DNA from: Candidatus Babeliales bacterium
Lineage (GTDB): Bacteria > Babelota > Babeliae > Babelales > JANWKD01
Direction: 5' to 3'
Assembly (NCBI GenBank): GCA_963722075.1
Contig: CAVRJM010000001.1
Location: forward strand, 1 to 64,000
Length of the DNA stretch: 64,000 bases
Part shown: in pieces, positions 49,517-60,700 of the stretch
Layout: the number at the start of each line of letters is the position of its first letter
How positions within the stretch are numbered: position 1 is the first letter of the stretch
The notes under the pieces: generated by a model
Told to the model about the DNA's origin: nothing
What the model saw: the letters and a program-made list of their open reading frames with translations, nothing else
Database searches by the model: none
Translations under genes and position numbers: made by a program

Positions 49517-49792
49517 ATGGCACAATGTTTGCGTATTAGTTTTACCGGTGATGTACCTACAGCTTTTTTACAGAATATTATTCAAAAAAACGCCAAAAAA
49601 CTACACCTGGAAGGAACGGCTGAAATGAATAATAATACAATATTAATTGTAGTATGTGGCTTAAAAGAATCGATTGATGAATTTGTTGATATACTCCATA
49701 AAGAGATAATGAAAAAATCTGCGGAAAATTTAGAAATCGAACCATTTATTAAGGAAAAAGATTATAGAGGGGTTTTCAGAATTATAGAATGA
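49517..49792 (+). CDS. Acylphosphatase-like protein
   Basis: Size and pattern (G.V...AKKLHLEG...VCG...F...FRIIE) match AcyP, but the GVGFR catalytic motif is absent. Confidence 0.6.
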   Translation: MAQCLRISFTGDVPTAFLQNIIQKNAKKLHLEGTAEMNNNTILIVVCGLKESIDEFVDILHKEIMKKSAENLEIEPFIKEKDYRGVFRIIE

Positions 49793-49876
49793 CGGAGCAA
49801 CACGTCATTTTATGGCATGTACAATCACTTATGATACACTATTGAACATAAGTATTATACTTCAATAGGATTTTAG

Positions 49877-52797
49877 GTGATTTATCAAATTAACCGCTTG
49901 CACCTTACATTTATTATTTTTTTTTCTTTTTTTTTCGAATTTATGGTTCCGAAAATACAGAACAAATAGTAGACCTAAATAGTACCCAAACTGTGCAGAC
50001 GCTTACTATTGAAATTGATTTATCAAAAGATAGTCAGCAAAATCTAAACGAGTTATTTAGTATTCTTCCTGAAGAATTTTTTTTAAAGAAATTAGATTTT
50101 AAATCAGATACGTATATCAGCGATTCTGAAAAAAGCTATTTATTGGGTTTTAAGGAAGAATCTTGCGTTACTAAGCAGACACTGATTAATACCTGTTCGT
50201 ATTTTAAAATAAAAAATAAATTCTCAATAATAAAATTAAACTTTACCGTTATAGAAAATGAGTATTGCTTACTAATGGAAACAATAGGGTTATGGACCTT
50301 TAATAAAGTAGTTATTAAAGGGTTAATGCGTAATGCAGAAAAATATAAACAGCTTTATTTAATGGAATATGGTGAGCCTTTTAATATTAATAAGCATCAC
50401 CATTCAATAGAAAAAATTAAAGAAATATTCCAAGAAGAAGGATTCTTTAATGCAAAAATATATGATTATTTACAATATGATGCTACTACCAAAGCAGTGT
50501 TAGTAACCTTAGTGATAGAAAAAGAACACCAATTTACCATTCAAGATGTTATAATAACCATTCAAGCCGAAGATATAAAACTTAATCAATTACTGCTTAA
50601 AAAACTACAAAGACTTTTTACGCCACGCCTCAAGAAAAATTATTATCATCAATCGTTGATTAATAATGAAACACAATTTTTAAAACAATATTTAGCAAAA
50701 AAAGGATTTTTAAATTCTATCATTAAATTGGGTAAAGAGTTTGATTATAATAATAGCATGGTGAAGCTAAACTTTCATTTAACGCTTAATCAAAAAAAAA
50801 CGATCTCATTTTTTGGTAATCATTTTTATTCTAATAAGGAGCTGTTTGATCTATTTTTTGCTTTTGGTCGTTCAGCGGCTTTATTACCTAATTCATTTAT
50901 ATGCCAAGAAATAATAGGGGCATATCAAAAAAAAGGGTTTTGGAACATTGAGGTAAATAGTAAAGAAGAGAAAAATAGAACTTTTTTTTTAATAAATGAA
51001 GGGCAACGCAGTACTATCACTGCTGTTGAAGTGGAAGGGGCGCCACATAGTAATCAATCCGTATTAAAAAATGCCATTCGCCAGGTTAAAAAAGAGCCTT
51101 TTGATGAAGAAGTAGTGCGCATTGCATTGCAAAAAATTGTTAATGCATATTTAAAAGAAGGTTTTTTTGATATAAAAATTCAAAAACAAGAATATATCCC
51201 AACTGAAGAATCAGGTTGTTATAAGTTGCTGCTTATTTTTAATGAAGGGATACAGCGATTTATTGAAAAAGTAACGATTGATCAATTTCCAGAGCTTATA
51301 GATCAGGGCCCTTTTGCTTTAATTACGGCGCAGCAAACAATGCCTTTTGATATCAATCAAATTCAAGTACAACGGCAATGGTTAATAGATTATTTTCATA
51401 AGCAAGGATTTTTGTATGTTGAGCCGGCGCATACCCTTACTTATGAAGGCAATAAGGCTGCCATATCATGGCATGTTGATGGTATACAACAAAAGGTTAC
51501 TTTTGGAAAAACTATTATTTTAGGCGTTACTAAATTTCCTTTTGAATATATTAGAAGAGAACTTGCTTTTAATGAAGGCGATTTGTGGCAAAAAGAGAAG
51601 TTAGAAAAGTCGTTAGATCAATTACGTCGCTTAGGAATTTTTGAGAGCATTTATATTTATCCCTATAACATTTCGCAGCGTGAACAAGAAAAAACTATCA
51701 TCATAAAAGTACAAGAAGATGATCCGTTTGAAGTTCGATTTCGCATGGGCTTTCAGCAAGTAAGTAAAACGTTATTAGAATTCAGAAAAGGAACTACGTA
51801 CAAAATCGGGAGCACGTTCTTATATAAAAATCCTTTTAATGTAGCAGACCGATTTAGTATTGATCTGGATTTTACGCGCTTTTATAGAAATGTTTCAATT
51901 GAATATAAGCGCCCTTGGTTTTTTTCTTTGCCGATTAATACGGTATTAAAGGGCTATAGTAATAAATATATCCAACCGGTTGTTATGGGAAGTGATAAAC
52001 GGTTGTATCAAGCAGTGCAACAAGGGTTTTTAATCAGTATTAATCAGTGTTGTAATTACTTAAATTACGGCTGCAATCTTGGACTGGAAATTATGGAAAC
52101 TAATGATCTTTCATTGGAAATGGCTCGTGCAATTAATTTCATTACCTCATTGGTTGATAAACAAGTACCGTACCTTTATACGGAACCAAATTTAGTCGTT
52201 GATTATTTAGATAATGATGTAAATCCCAGTTACGGGTCATTATCAGTAATTTCTTGTAAAATAATGGTGCCGTTGCGCAGTATTAGTACCACTTATTTTA
52301 AATGTTTATTAGAACAAGTCGTTTTTTTCCCTATACGTTTTTTGTGGTCAACCGTGGGAATTCGTTTTAAATTAGGACATATTTTCAACCGAGAATTTAG
52401 CAATATTATGCCCCCTGACCGCTTTTTTTTAGGAGGGCAAAACTCATTACGCAGTTATGAACCAGATAAGGGGCCACCGCTGGGGAGTTTTACTGAAAAA
52501 GATGGCAAAAGAATTTTGGTACCTCAAGGGGGCAGAACCATGGTTAATTGTAATGTAGAATTACGCTTTCCGTTATTTTGGAATATTGGTGGGGTTATTT
52601 TTCAAGATTTAGGCTTATTAGCGCAGCATTCAATTACCGAAGTAATCAAAAGCCACTTATTAGCCGGAACGGGATTTGGCTTGCGCTATTATACCCCGGT
52701 GGGGCCGCTCAGGTTTGATATTGGGTGGAAATGGAAAAAATTCAATCTGGAGGAATCGCGCTATGCCTGGTTTTTGACATTGGGCCATGCCTTTTAG
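49877..52797 (+). CDS. Omp85-family (BamA/TamA) outer membrane protein; N-terminal signal peptide out of frame
   Basis: POTRA-like repeats (YIRRELAFNEG...LRRLGIF), RFFLGG.NSLRSY, ELRFP, GFGLRYYTPVGPLRFD and terminal GHAF. The GTG 49877 signal peptide joins the main ORF via a frameshift in the poly-T at 49917-49935. Confidence 0.9.
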
Positions 52798-52954
52798 CGA
52801 TATATTAATTGCCCTATGCGCTTACTTTGCCTCTAGCCTAGAAAAATTGTAATAAGATATTATGTGGTAAAATATGGTAGTTTTTGATTTATTTTGAAAA
52901 AAATTTATAGTTAAAATTAAGGTATTTTATAGTAAATGGTTAGGAATAAGTTAT

Positions 52955-53686
52955 ATGGATAATCATTCAGAGCATAATTGTACGGCTCATGGGAAGCAAA
53001 ATGGCCTTATTATGGGGGAATTGCTGCACCACTTTCCTTATGCAGTTTTTTCGGTAGCATTCGGTCTTATTATTTTAAGCTTTTTAGATGTTTTAGGGTT
53101 AGATGGGGGTGGCTGCCATGGTGACCATCATCATATGCATGGTGCTCATCTGCTATTTCATAGCTTGCACTTCTTGCATATTATTTTTGCCATTACCGGG
53201 TGTTTAGTTACCTTTTCTCGGTTTTCTTCTAATATAGTGAAAGGCGTTATTGTTGCGCTTTTTTCATCATTCTTTTTTTGTACATTATCAGATGTCATTC
53301 TACCGTACCTATCAGGAACATTATTAGGGGTTACGATGAATTTTCATATCTGCTTGATTTCAGAATTTTATAATGTAATCCCCTTTTATATAATCGGCTT
53401 AGTTAATGGACTGATTATGAGTAAGCATGCCTCTGGCATTAAAAGCTTTTATTCAATAGGATCACATTTTGGTCACATTTTAATTAGCTCGCTTGCTTCA
53501 TTATTCTATTTGATCTCTGAAGGATTTGCTAATTGGTACCCACATATGGGACTTTTATTTTTATTTTTAATTATAGCAGTAGTGATTCCTTGTACCTTAG
53601 CAGATGTTATTGTTCCAATCTTTTTTGCGCGTTCGAGAAAGAATAATGAAAAGTATCAGACTTCAGAATATCAAAAAGTCATATAA
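52955..53686 (+). CDS. His-rich multi-pass membrane protein, possible metal transporter
   Basis: HGDHHHMH loop; repeated intramembrane HxxH and CTLxD motifs. Confidence 0.6.
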   Translation: MDNHSEHNCTAHGKQNGLIMGELLHHFPYAVFSVAFGLIILSFLDVLGLDGGGCHGDHHHMHGAHLLFHSLHFLHIIFAITGCLVTFSRFSSNIVKGVIVALFSSFFFCTLSDVILPYLSGTLLGVTMNFHICLISEFYNVIPFYIIGLVNGLIMSKHASGIKSFYSIGSHFGHILISSLASLFYLISEGFANWYPHMGLLFLFLIIAVVIPCTLADVIVPIFFARSRKNNEKYQTSEYQKVI

Positions 53687-54737
53687 TGGGCATACCATTT
53701 TAGACAACCTTAACTTGACTATCCCTGCAGGTCAGTTTTTTGCATTGTTGGGACCGAGCGGCTGTGGTAAAACAACTATTTTGCGATTAATCGCTGGTTT
53801 TGAAGCGGTAGATAGCGGCCATATTTTTTTAGGTGATGAAGAAATAACCCATTTACCTATTAATAAGCGTCCGGTTAATACCGTTTTTCAGACGTATGCA
53901 CTATTTCCTGATTTAAATGTCTTTGAAAATGTTGCTTATAGCCAACGAATTAAGGGATTACCACGTACCGTTATCCAGCAAAAAGTAATGCGTGTGCTTA
54001 CGGCGACACATTTAGAAAATCATGCCTACAAAGACATTGACCAACTATCTGGTGGCCAAAAACAGCGGGTAGCTCTAGCACGTGCTCTTATTAATGAACC
54101 GGAAGTATTGCTTCTTGATGAGCCGCTGACTGCGCTTGATTTGAGATTGCGTGAACGTATTTTGGTTGAGCTTATAGATTTGCAAGATAAATTACAAACA
54201 ACCTTTTTATATGTTACTCATGATCAATCTGAAGCATTAGCAGTAGCAGATCAAATGGCTATTATGAATCAACATGGGGGAATTGAACAAATTGGAACAC
54301 CTAAAGAAATTTATGAATTACCGGTGTCTACCTACGTAGCTAAATTTGTGGGGATGACTAACATCTTCAAAGGAAGCTTAAAGGAAGAAAATAATAAATT
54401 CTTTTTAGATATTCCCGGGCTACACTCAGTACAAGTATGGTTTTCTGAAAGAAAGCCATGGATAAAAGAATCAAATGATTTGTATTTAAATTTAAGGCCA
54501 GAAAAAATACTTATTAGCATTAAAGAGACAGCGGGTTTTTCAAATAATTTAAAAGGTATAGTGGAATCCATTGTCTATCAAGGCCGTTCAACTCAATATA
54601 ATGTTCGACTTGATAATGGTATGCTGGTACATGTTTTTGAACAAAATGAGGAACATTTTGTGCGTGATAGTATCGATTATGGTATGAGCGTATATTTATA
54701 TTGGCAAAAAGAGAACGCTATTTTATTAGAAAAATGA
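53646..54737 (+). CDS. potA: Spermidine/putrescine ABC ATPase
   Basis: GPSGCGKTT, KRPVNTVFQ.YALFP, LSGGQ and TOBE-like C-terminus. Confidence 0.93.
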   Translation: MKSIRLQNIKKSYNGHTILDNLNLTIPAGQFFALLGPSGCGKTTILRLIAGFEAVDSGHIFLGDEEITHLPINKRPVNTVFQTYALFPDLNVFENVAYSQRIKGLPRTVIQQKVMRVLTATHLENHAYKDIDQLSGGQKQRVALARALINEPEVLLLDEPLTALDLRLRERILVELIDLQDKLQTTFLYVTHDQSEALAVADQMAIMNQHGGIEQIGTPKEIYELPVSTYVAKFVGMTNIFKGSLKEENNKFFLDIPGLHSVQVWFSERKPWIKESNDLYLNLRPEKILISIKETAGFSNNLKGIVESIVYQGRSTQYNVRLDNGMLVHVFEQNEEHFVRDSIDYGMSVYLYWQKENAILLEK

Positions 54738-54738
54738 T

Positions 54739-55632
54739 ATGAAGCAAAAAATAAAAATTATTTTTAATCGCGAATCATATTTTTTTAAAACGGCACCGGC
54801 GTTTGTGTGGCAATTGTTATTTTTCTTGATACCAATTGCTTTTTTATTAGCTCTCAGCTTTATACAATCTGATAGTAATTCATGGTGGGGATATTCTTTA
54901 ACCATGGCTCATTATGAACAATTACTATCGTTTGATTATGTAAAAATTATCATACGTTCTTTTTTTATGGCATTAATTACGGCACTGCTCTGTTTATTTG
55001 TTGGCTATCCACTAACATATTATATTGCATTAAAGAAGCGTGCATGGAAAAATATTTTTTTATTTTTTTTAGTGCTGCCGTTTGTAACTAACTTATTAGT
55101 ACTGACCTATGCATGGAATTTTGTGCTTGATAAAGATGGTTTATTAAATCAGCTATTATTATTTTTGCATCTGATTGCTGAGCCACTACCATTATTAAAT
55201 AATTATTTTGCAATATTACTCGTAATGTTTTATTGCTATTTACCATTTATGATTATGCCGCTTTTTGCTAGTTTAGAAAAATTTGATCGCACCTTAATAG
55301 AAGCATCACATGATCTAGGGGCAACGCAAACACAAACATTTTTTAAAATAATTTTACCCATGACCTGGCCAGCTATACAAACGGGGATGTTACTTGTTTT
55401 TATTCCGGCATTTGGCGAATTTGTTATCCCTCTATTAATGGGAGGCGATAAATATATGTTTGTGGGAAGCGTTATATCACATTACTTTTTTGTAGGTCAA
55501 GATCGACCAGTTGGTGCAGCATTTACGTTATTAGTGAGCGTATTGATGTGTGCATTTATAGTATTTTATTTATTCTTCTTTTCAAGCAAAAGGCCTAAAA
55601 GAAGGGGGCAGGCATATGATAAAATATCTTAG
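54739..55632 (+). CDS. potB: Spermidine/putrescine ABC permease
   Basis: YLPFMIMPL...LIEASHDLGA and FIPAFGEFVIP.LMGG. Confidence 0.92.
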   Translation: MKQKIKIIFNRESYFFKTAPAFVWQLLFFLIPIAFLLALSFIQSDSNSWWGYSLTMAHYEQLLSFDYVKIIIRSFFMALITALLCLFVGYPLTYYIALKKRAWKNIFLFFLVLPFVTNLLVLTYAWNFVLDKDGLLNQLLLFLHLIAEPLPLLNNYFAILLVMFYCYLPFMIMPLFASLEKFDRTLIEASHDLGATQTQTFFKIILPMTWPAIQTGMLLVFIPAFGEFVIPLLMGGDKYMFVGSVISHYFFVGQDRPVGAAFTLLVSVLMCAFIVFYLFFFSSKRPKRRGQAYDKIS

Positions 55633-56401
55633 ATCTATTTTTGCATCCTACTATGGATTATTTATTGCATTAACATTTCTTTTTATCTATATACCAATTT
55701 TCATTTTAATACTTTTTTCATTTAATAAGGTTGCATATCCGTATCGATGGGTTGGCTTTTCAATACACTGGTATCAACAACTTATGCAATCTGAAGAGAT
55801 TTGGCATGTGGTAAAAAATTCTTTTATTGTTGCGGTGAGTTCAGTATTTTTGAGTGTTATGATGGGAACCTTATTGGTGTTTTATACGGCAGGTAGTCGC
55901 TTACGCTACGCGCTTTCCATTTTTTATACTAATTTACTGCTACCTGAAATAATAGTAGCCGTTTCACTGTTATCATTTTTTATATTATGTGATATTCCTA
56001 CGGGGCTTATGACGCTTATTGCCGGGCATACGGTACTGGGGCTTGCGTATGTAGTGCCTATTTTATCAGCACGGCTTGCTGAAATGGATCCCTCTTTAAT
56101 TGAGGCTTCCTTGGATTTGGGGGCAACTATTAATCAGACATTCTATCGAATTATTATTCCGTTTTTATTTCCTGCACTAATAGCAGCAGGATTATTAGTC
56201 TTTGTTATATCTTTTGATGATTTTTTAATTGCTTTTTTTTGTGCCGGAACTGAATCACAAACATTACCACTTTATATTTTTGCAACAATACGTACCGGTA
56301 TCTCACCGTACTTGAATGCACTCTCAACCGTTTTATTGGTCTTGAGTAGTTTGTTTGTTTTGGTTTTTTGTTGGTTGCAAGCAAAAATACGGGTTTTTTA
56401 A
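55616..56401 (+). CDS. potC: Spermidine/putrescine ABC permease
   Basis: YIPI...FSFN, EASLDLGA, SFDDF and TLPLYIF. Confidence 0.92.
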   Translation: MIKYLRSIFASYYGLFIALTFLFIYIPIFILILFSFNKVAYPYRWVGFSIHWYQQLMQSEEIWHVVKNSFIVAVSSVFLSVMMGTLLVFYTAGSRLRYALSIFYTNLLLPEIIVAVSLLSFFILCDIPTGLMTLIAGHTVLGLAYVVPILSARLAEMDPSLIEASLDLGATINQTFYRIIIPFLFPALIAAGLLVFVISFDDFLIAFFCAGTESQTLPLYIFATIRTGISPYLNALSTVLLVLSSLFVLVFCWLQAKIRVF

Positions 56402-56402
56402 T

Positions 56403-57476
56403 ATGCCTACAAATTTTTTCAAAAGTCTCTTTATAAAAATAGGTATTATATTTTTTTGGGCCATCCTTTTTTTGTTTGTTTTGTATGTACCCAAGTTTTT
56501 TAAGCATATCCATTCACGCAATTCTATCAATATTGCAACATGGACGGATATGATTGATGAAACAATGATTAAACAATTTGAAAAAAAGACCGGCATCAAG
56601 GTTAATTTAAGTTATTTTGATAATAATGATGAGCTTTTAATTAAAATTCGAGCAACCAAAGGCAAAGGGTATGATCTTATTATTCCTTCTGATTATACCG
56701 TACAAACACTTATTAAAGAACAGTTATTAAAACCATTTGATAAAACAAAAATTACCGTTTGGGATCGTATTAATCCACGTTTATTGGGTGCTTATTTTGA
56801 TCCAGAAAACCACTATTCAATTCCTTATTACTGGGGAATTTATGGCATTGGTATTAATACCGATTTGGTTTCTTTGCATAAAAATGATATTTCATGGGAT
56901 CTTATTTTTAAGCCGTATAATACGTACACAATTTCTATGCTCGATAGCCCACGAGAAGCAATTTTATTAACGGCGTATTATTTATTTCATTCGATACATA
57001 ATCTTGATGCTGGTAAAATTCAGCAGGTAAAAGAGCTACTAATTAAGCAAAAAAAATGGGTTGAAGCATATACTGAATTTCGTGCTGATTATTTATTATT
57101 ATCGCAAACGTGTCCGCTGGTGGTTACCACATCGCCTTTAATGTTTAGACTTATGAACACGCAAAAAAATGTTAATTTTTCTCTGCCAAAAGAAGGCACC
57201 TTTACCGTAACCGATAACTGGGTTATTCCTGCAGCAAGTGACAAGGAATTATTAACCTATCAATTTATTAATTTTATCTATCAACCAGAAGTGATTGCAT
57301 ATCATTTTGATATTTTTAGTTTTATTCCAGCAACTATTGATATCGAATTACTTTTATCTGATTATCCTGCCATATACGATGCTCATACCAATAATGAATA
57401 TCATTTAGAATATTTTGAAAATGTATTATCAAAGGACGTGCTTAATAGCGTATGGATCGCGTTGAAGGCAAGATAA
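56403..57476 (+). CDS. potD: Spermidine/putrescine-binding protein
   Basis: W.DMID...FEKKTGIKV...DNN, YDLIIPSDY, PYYWG and PKEG. Confidence 0.92.
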   Translation: MPTNFFKSLFIKIGIIFFWAILFLFVLYVPKFFKHIHSRNSINIATWTDMIDETMIKQFEKKTGIKVNLSYFDNNDELLIKIRATKGKGYDLIIPSDYTVQTLIKEQLLKPFDKTKITVWDRINPRLLGAYFDPENHYSIPYYWGIYGIGINTDLVSLHKNDISWDLIFKPYNTYTISMLDSPREAILLTAYYLFHSIHNLDAGKIQQVKELLIKQKKWVEAYTEFRADYLLLSQTCPLVVTTSPLMFRLMNTQKNVNFSLPKEGTFTVTDNWVIPAASDKELLTYQFINFIYQPEVIAYHFDIFSFIPATIDIELLLSDYPAIYDAHTNNEYHLEYFENVLSKDVLNSVWIALKAR

Positions 57477-57734
57477 ATAAGAAAATCTTGACATTTGTCG
57501 TTGGCATTTTAATACTAGTGCCATGCAATTTTGTTAATTTTGCGAGCGTTAATAAGGTGTTAAAAATTGATAATATATCCTCAAAAATGCGTGGAGGTGC
57601 CTCGAATAAAAAGTAACAATTAAAAGGTATGGTAGTAAGAGCGCTTATCCTTTCTAATGAAGCATCATATCTCTTTTTATCATAGTAGGCCTTAAACAAA
57701 AACTAATTTAACTCATAAAAAAAGGAAGAAGAAT

Positions 57735-60700
57735 ATGAGAAAAAATGTTCTCTTGCATTGTTTAGCATTAATTTTTCTAGTGGGCCTGAGTATCAGCGGA
57801 CCACGATTATATGCAGCACCGTGTGGTACAACGGTAAACTGGCATAATTTAAGTGATACTGGCTGTGGATCAGGCACTACTGATCCTGGTATCACCATGA
57901 ATGTTATTGACCAAAATATTGATGTAATAGGAACAAATGCGCTTGTTGGCGGCATTCATGTTGAAGCGCGCACCTGCGATATTACTATTTCAGTGACCAA
58001 TGGGGATGCAATTATTACCGGAACGGGTAATCGTTGTGATGGTGTTTCTACTGCGCCGGCAATGTTATATCTTTTTGCTGCACTTGGGCGTACCATTAGT
58101 TTCAATCTAGAAAATAATTTAGCATTTACTGGTACAGCATCTAACGGCGTTCCGCTTGATTTATTAGTAACAGCGTCTGGTGGTGGTACTATACAATTTA
58201 TTCTTCATGATGGTAAATCGGTTAGCTTTACGGCGCTCAATGCAGGGGATGGTGGCACATTCTTTATAGAGGGAATGACAACCCCACCTACAACTACTGT
58301 TATTTTTGAAAATTCGTCATTTGTGACAACAAGTCATCATCATGCGCAAGTAATAGTAGGGCCGAGATCATTTATGGGGTTTGCTTCGCAAATAGGTGTT
58401 GGAAGCGCATTTGCAAGTTTGATATTTAAATCTTCACCATTCAGAGGATTACGATTAGTAATTGAGAATGGTGGCGGTCTTAATATTGCCGGCTTTGCAG
58501 CTGATTTAACATTGCCTGATTTCTCAATTGGAGATATTGACTTTAGTATGCCAACAAATGCGACACCAAATTTTGTAGTAGAATCCTTATTCCTAGGGGA
58601 TGGTGCGAAAATCCCTGGAGATGGTGCGAACGTACAAATTGTTAATAATAACCAACAGGATTGTCAGCAATTACTTTATAATCCATTCTGCCAAAGCACT
58701 CCTTATACCGGTGTACTATCTGGTTTCGTGTTAACAGCACCAAGTACTATTACGGTAAATGATCAATCATATATTGAATATATTGGTACGGCAACCAATA
58801 CGTGTTGTACCTTTACGCTTTATGATGAATGTGGTGTTCCTATGACGATGCAGCGGTTACGTAATGCATCTGCATTAATAGTGGATTCGCCAAGTATCGA
58901 TTTACCAGCATCTATTATTTTGAATGGATCATCAGCGTTCTATTTTGTTTCTGGGGTCAGTAATTGTGGTACAGTATCTTATGATTTTACCGTAAATACC
59001 AGCATATTAAGTGATTGTGCAGGAAACATCGTACTTGATGTTGCTGGACCGTTAAGCATTTTTGGTTCTTCACCAGATGAAACAACGGTAGAAATTCTTT
59101 CATTGCAGGTAGCTCCAACCGGATGCCCAGTAACGGTAGATTCCACGTTGTCAGATTCGAATTTCCCACGTCGTACGTTTGCTCGACAACCAGATGGCCA
59201 TTATGTTCAATATAATTTGGGTGCGTTTTTGATCAGTAGTCAGTTGAGTTTCTTTGATACTTCCTTAGATCATACTGATACCATTCACAAAGTATATGAA
59301 CATTTTAATTTAGGTAATCCAAACTTATTTTCGGAGCCAACCTATATTGGTAGTGATAGCTATTTATTCCCGTGTCATGCAGGTGAGCCGCGTCCAACCA
59401 TATCATTTGTAAATAGTAAATTCAGAGTTCACAATAGTGTTGCTTCAACGGGCGTAGATTTCCTGTTTCCTAATGAGGTTGATCTTGGTAATACCAGTTC
59501 CTTAATTTTCTATAATAACGGTTTCTGTATCGATAAAGGATACGGCCGTAATATGATTTTGGGAACAGATATTTGTTTTGAGCCCTGTATTACTACTACC
59601 GATATGGATTCACATTTGAATGTGTTCCAAACAAGTGCAGATGCTGGTGCCTCTAATTTAAATCTGTGGTTGATAACCGGGTTCAATACTAATTGCATTA
59701 CACAAGGTATTCCAAGCCAAGCAGCGATTGCAGGTCAAAATGCCGTACAGACTATTTTCCTTAACAATGGAAGTAACTTCTCAATTGGTACCAACGGATC
59801 AGTAGGTATTGATCCAACAACAGGTACACCATTTGTTTTAACTGTTACTGCTAACGTGCTCATTGATGGTTCCTATTATTCATTTGATACGCGTGGTGGT
59901 GTGCTTGCGTTCCCACAATCAGTAAGTACTACTGGTCAGGGTGGTATTTTCGTTGATATGCTCGGTGTACTTAGTTTACTTAATAATCGTATTGCAAGTT
60001 TTGGTACCATGGTAACCAAAAGCAGAAACGGTGTAGTAAATCTCCCAAGTAATCAAGCATTCTTTGAACCGCGTGTTGGTATTGCTGAATGGCAACCGAA
60101 TTTATCTGATCCAGTACAACGATTGTTAGTAGCCCCAGGCCAAAGCCTTTCTGATTATACCCTCGATTGGGGTGCTGCTATGAAAACCTATTGCTGTAAT
60201 GATTTTTGTGTGACCCCATACTGCTTTATACCATATACCATTGAAGAAGTTCCAGCACCATGCGCAGCGCCAGCAGTAACACAAAATAACTTAGTGAATT
60301 TACCAACGGTGCAAGGTGAAGTAGATCAAATGCAAATCCTACGTTCACGAATGGGTGATTTTGTTCACTTGCTTGTTGATGGTGGCTTTATTCGTGAGTT
60401 AATATTCTTACATGGCTTTAATACTGCTGAAGGTCCATTTGGCTTCATAGTAATGCAAAATGATAGTTTAGTAGGCCTTGGAACATCGCATAAAGATGTT
60501 GATTCTCTTGAAGCATCAATCGTGCTTGGCGTGAATGGTGTTATGTTGGTACCAAACGGTAATGCTAATATCGAATTAAATGAAGATATTATTATTAATA
60601 ACGTTTGTCATATTCTAAGTGGTACTGCATTTGGCCTGAATGGCCCGAATGTACTTTCAATTAGTTCTACAACGCCAAAAGAATTACGTATTAAATCAAC

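Noticed and set aside
57477..57734. Long leader before the 1471-aa gene as a riboswitch or ncRNA
   Set aside because: No recognisable conserved motif or convincing stem by eye; it would need a cmscan.
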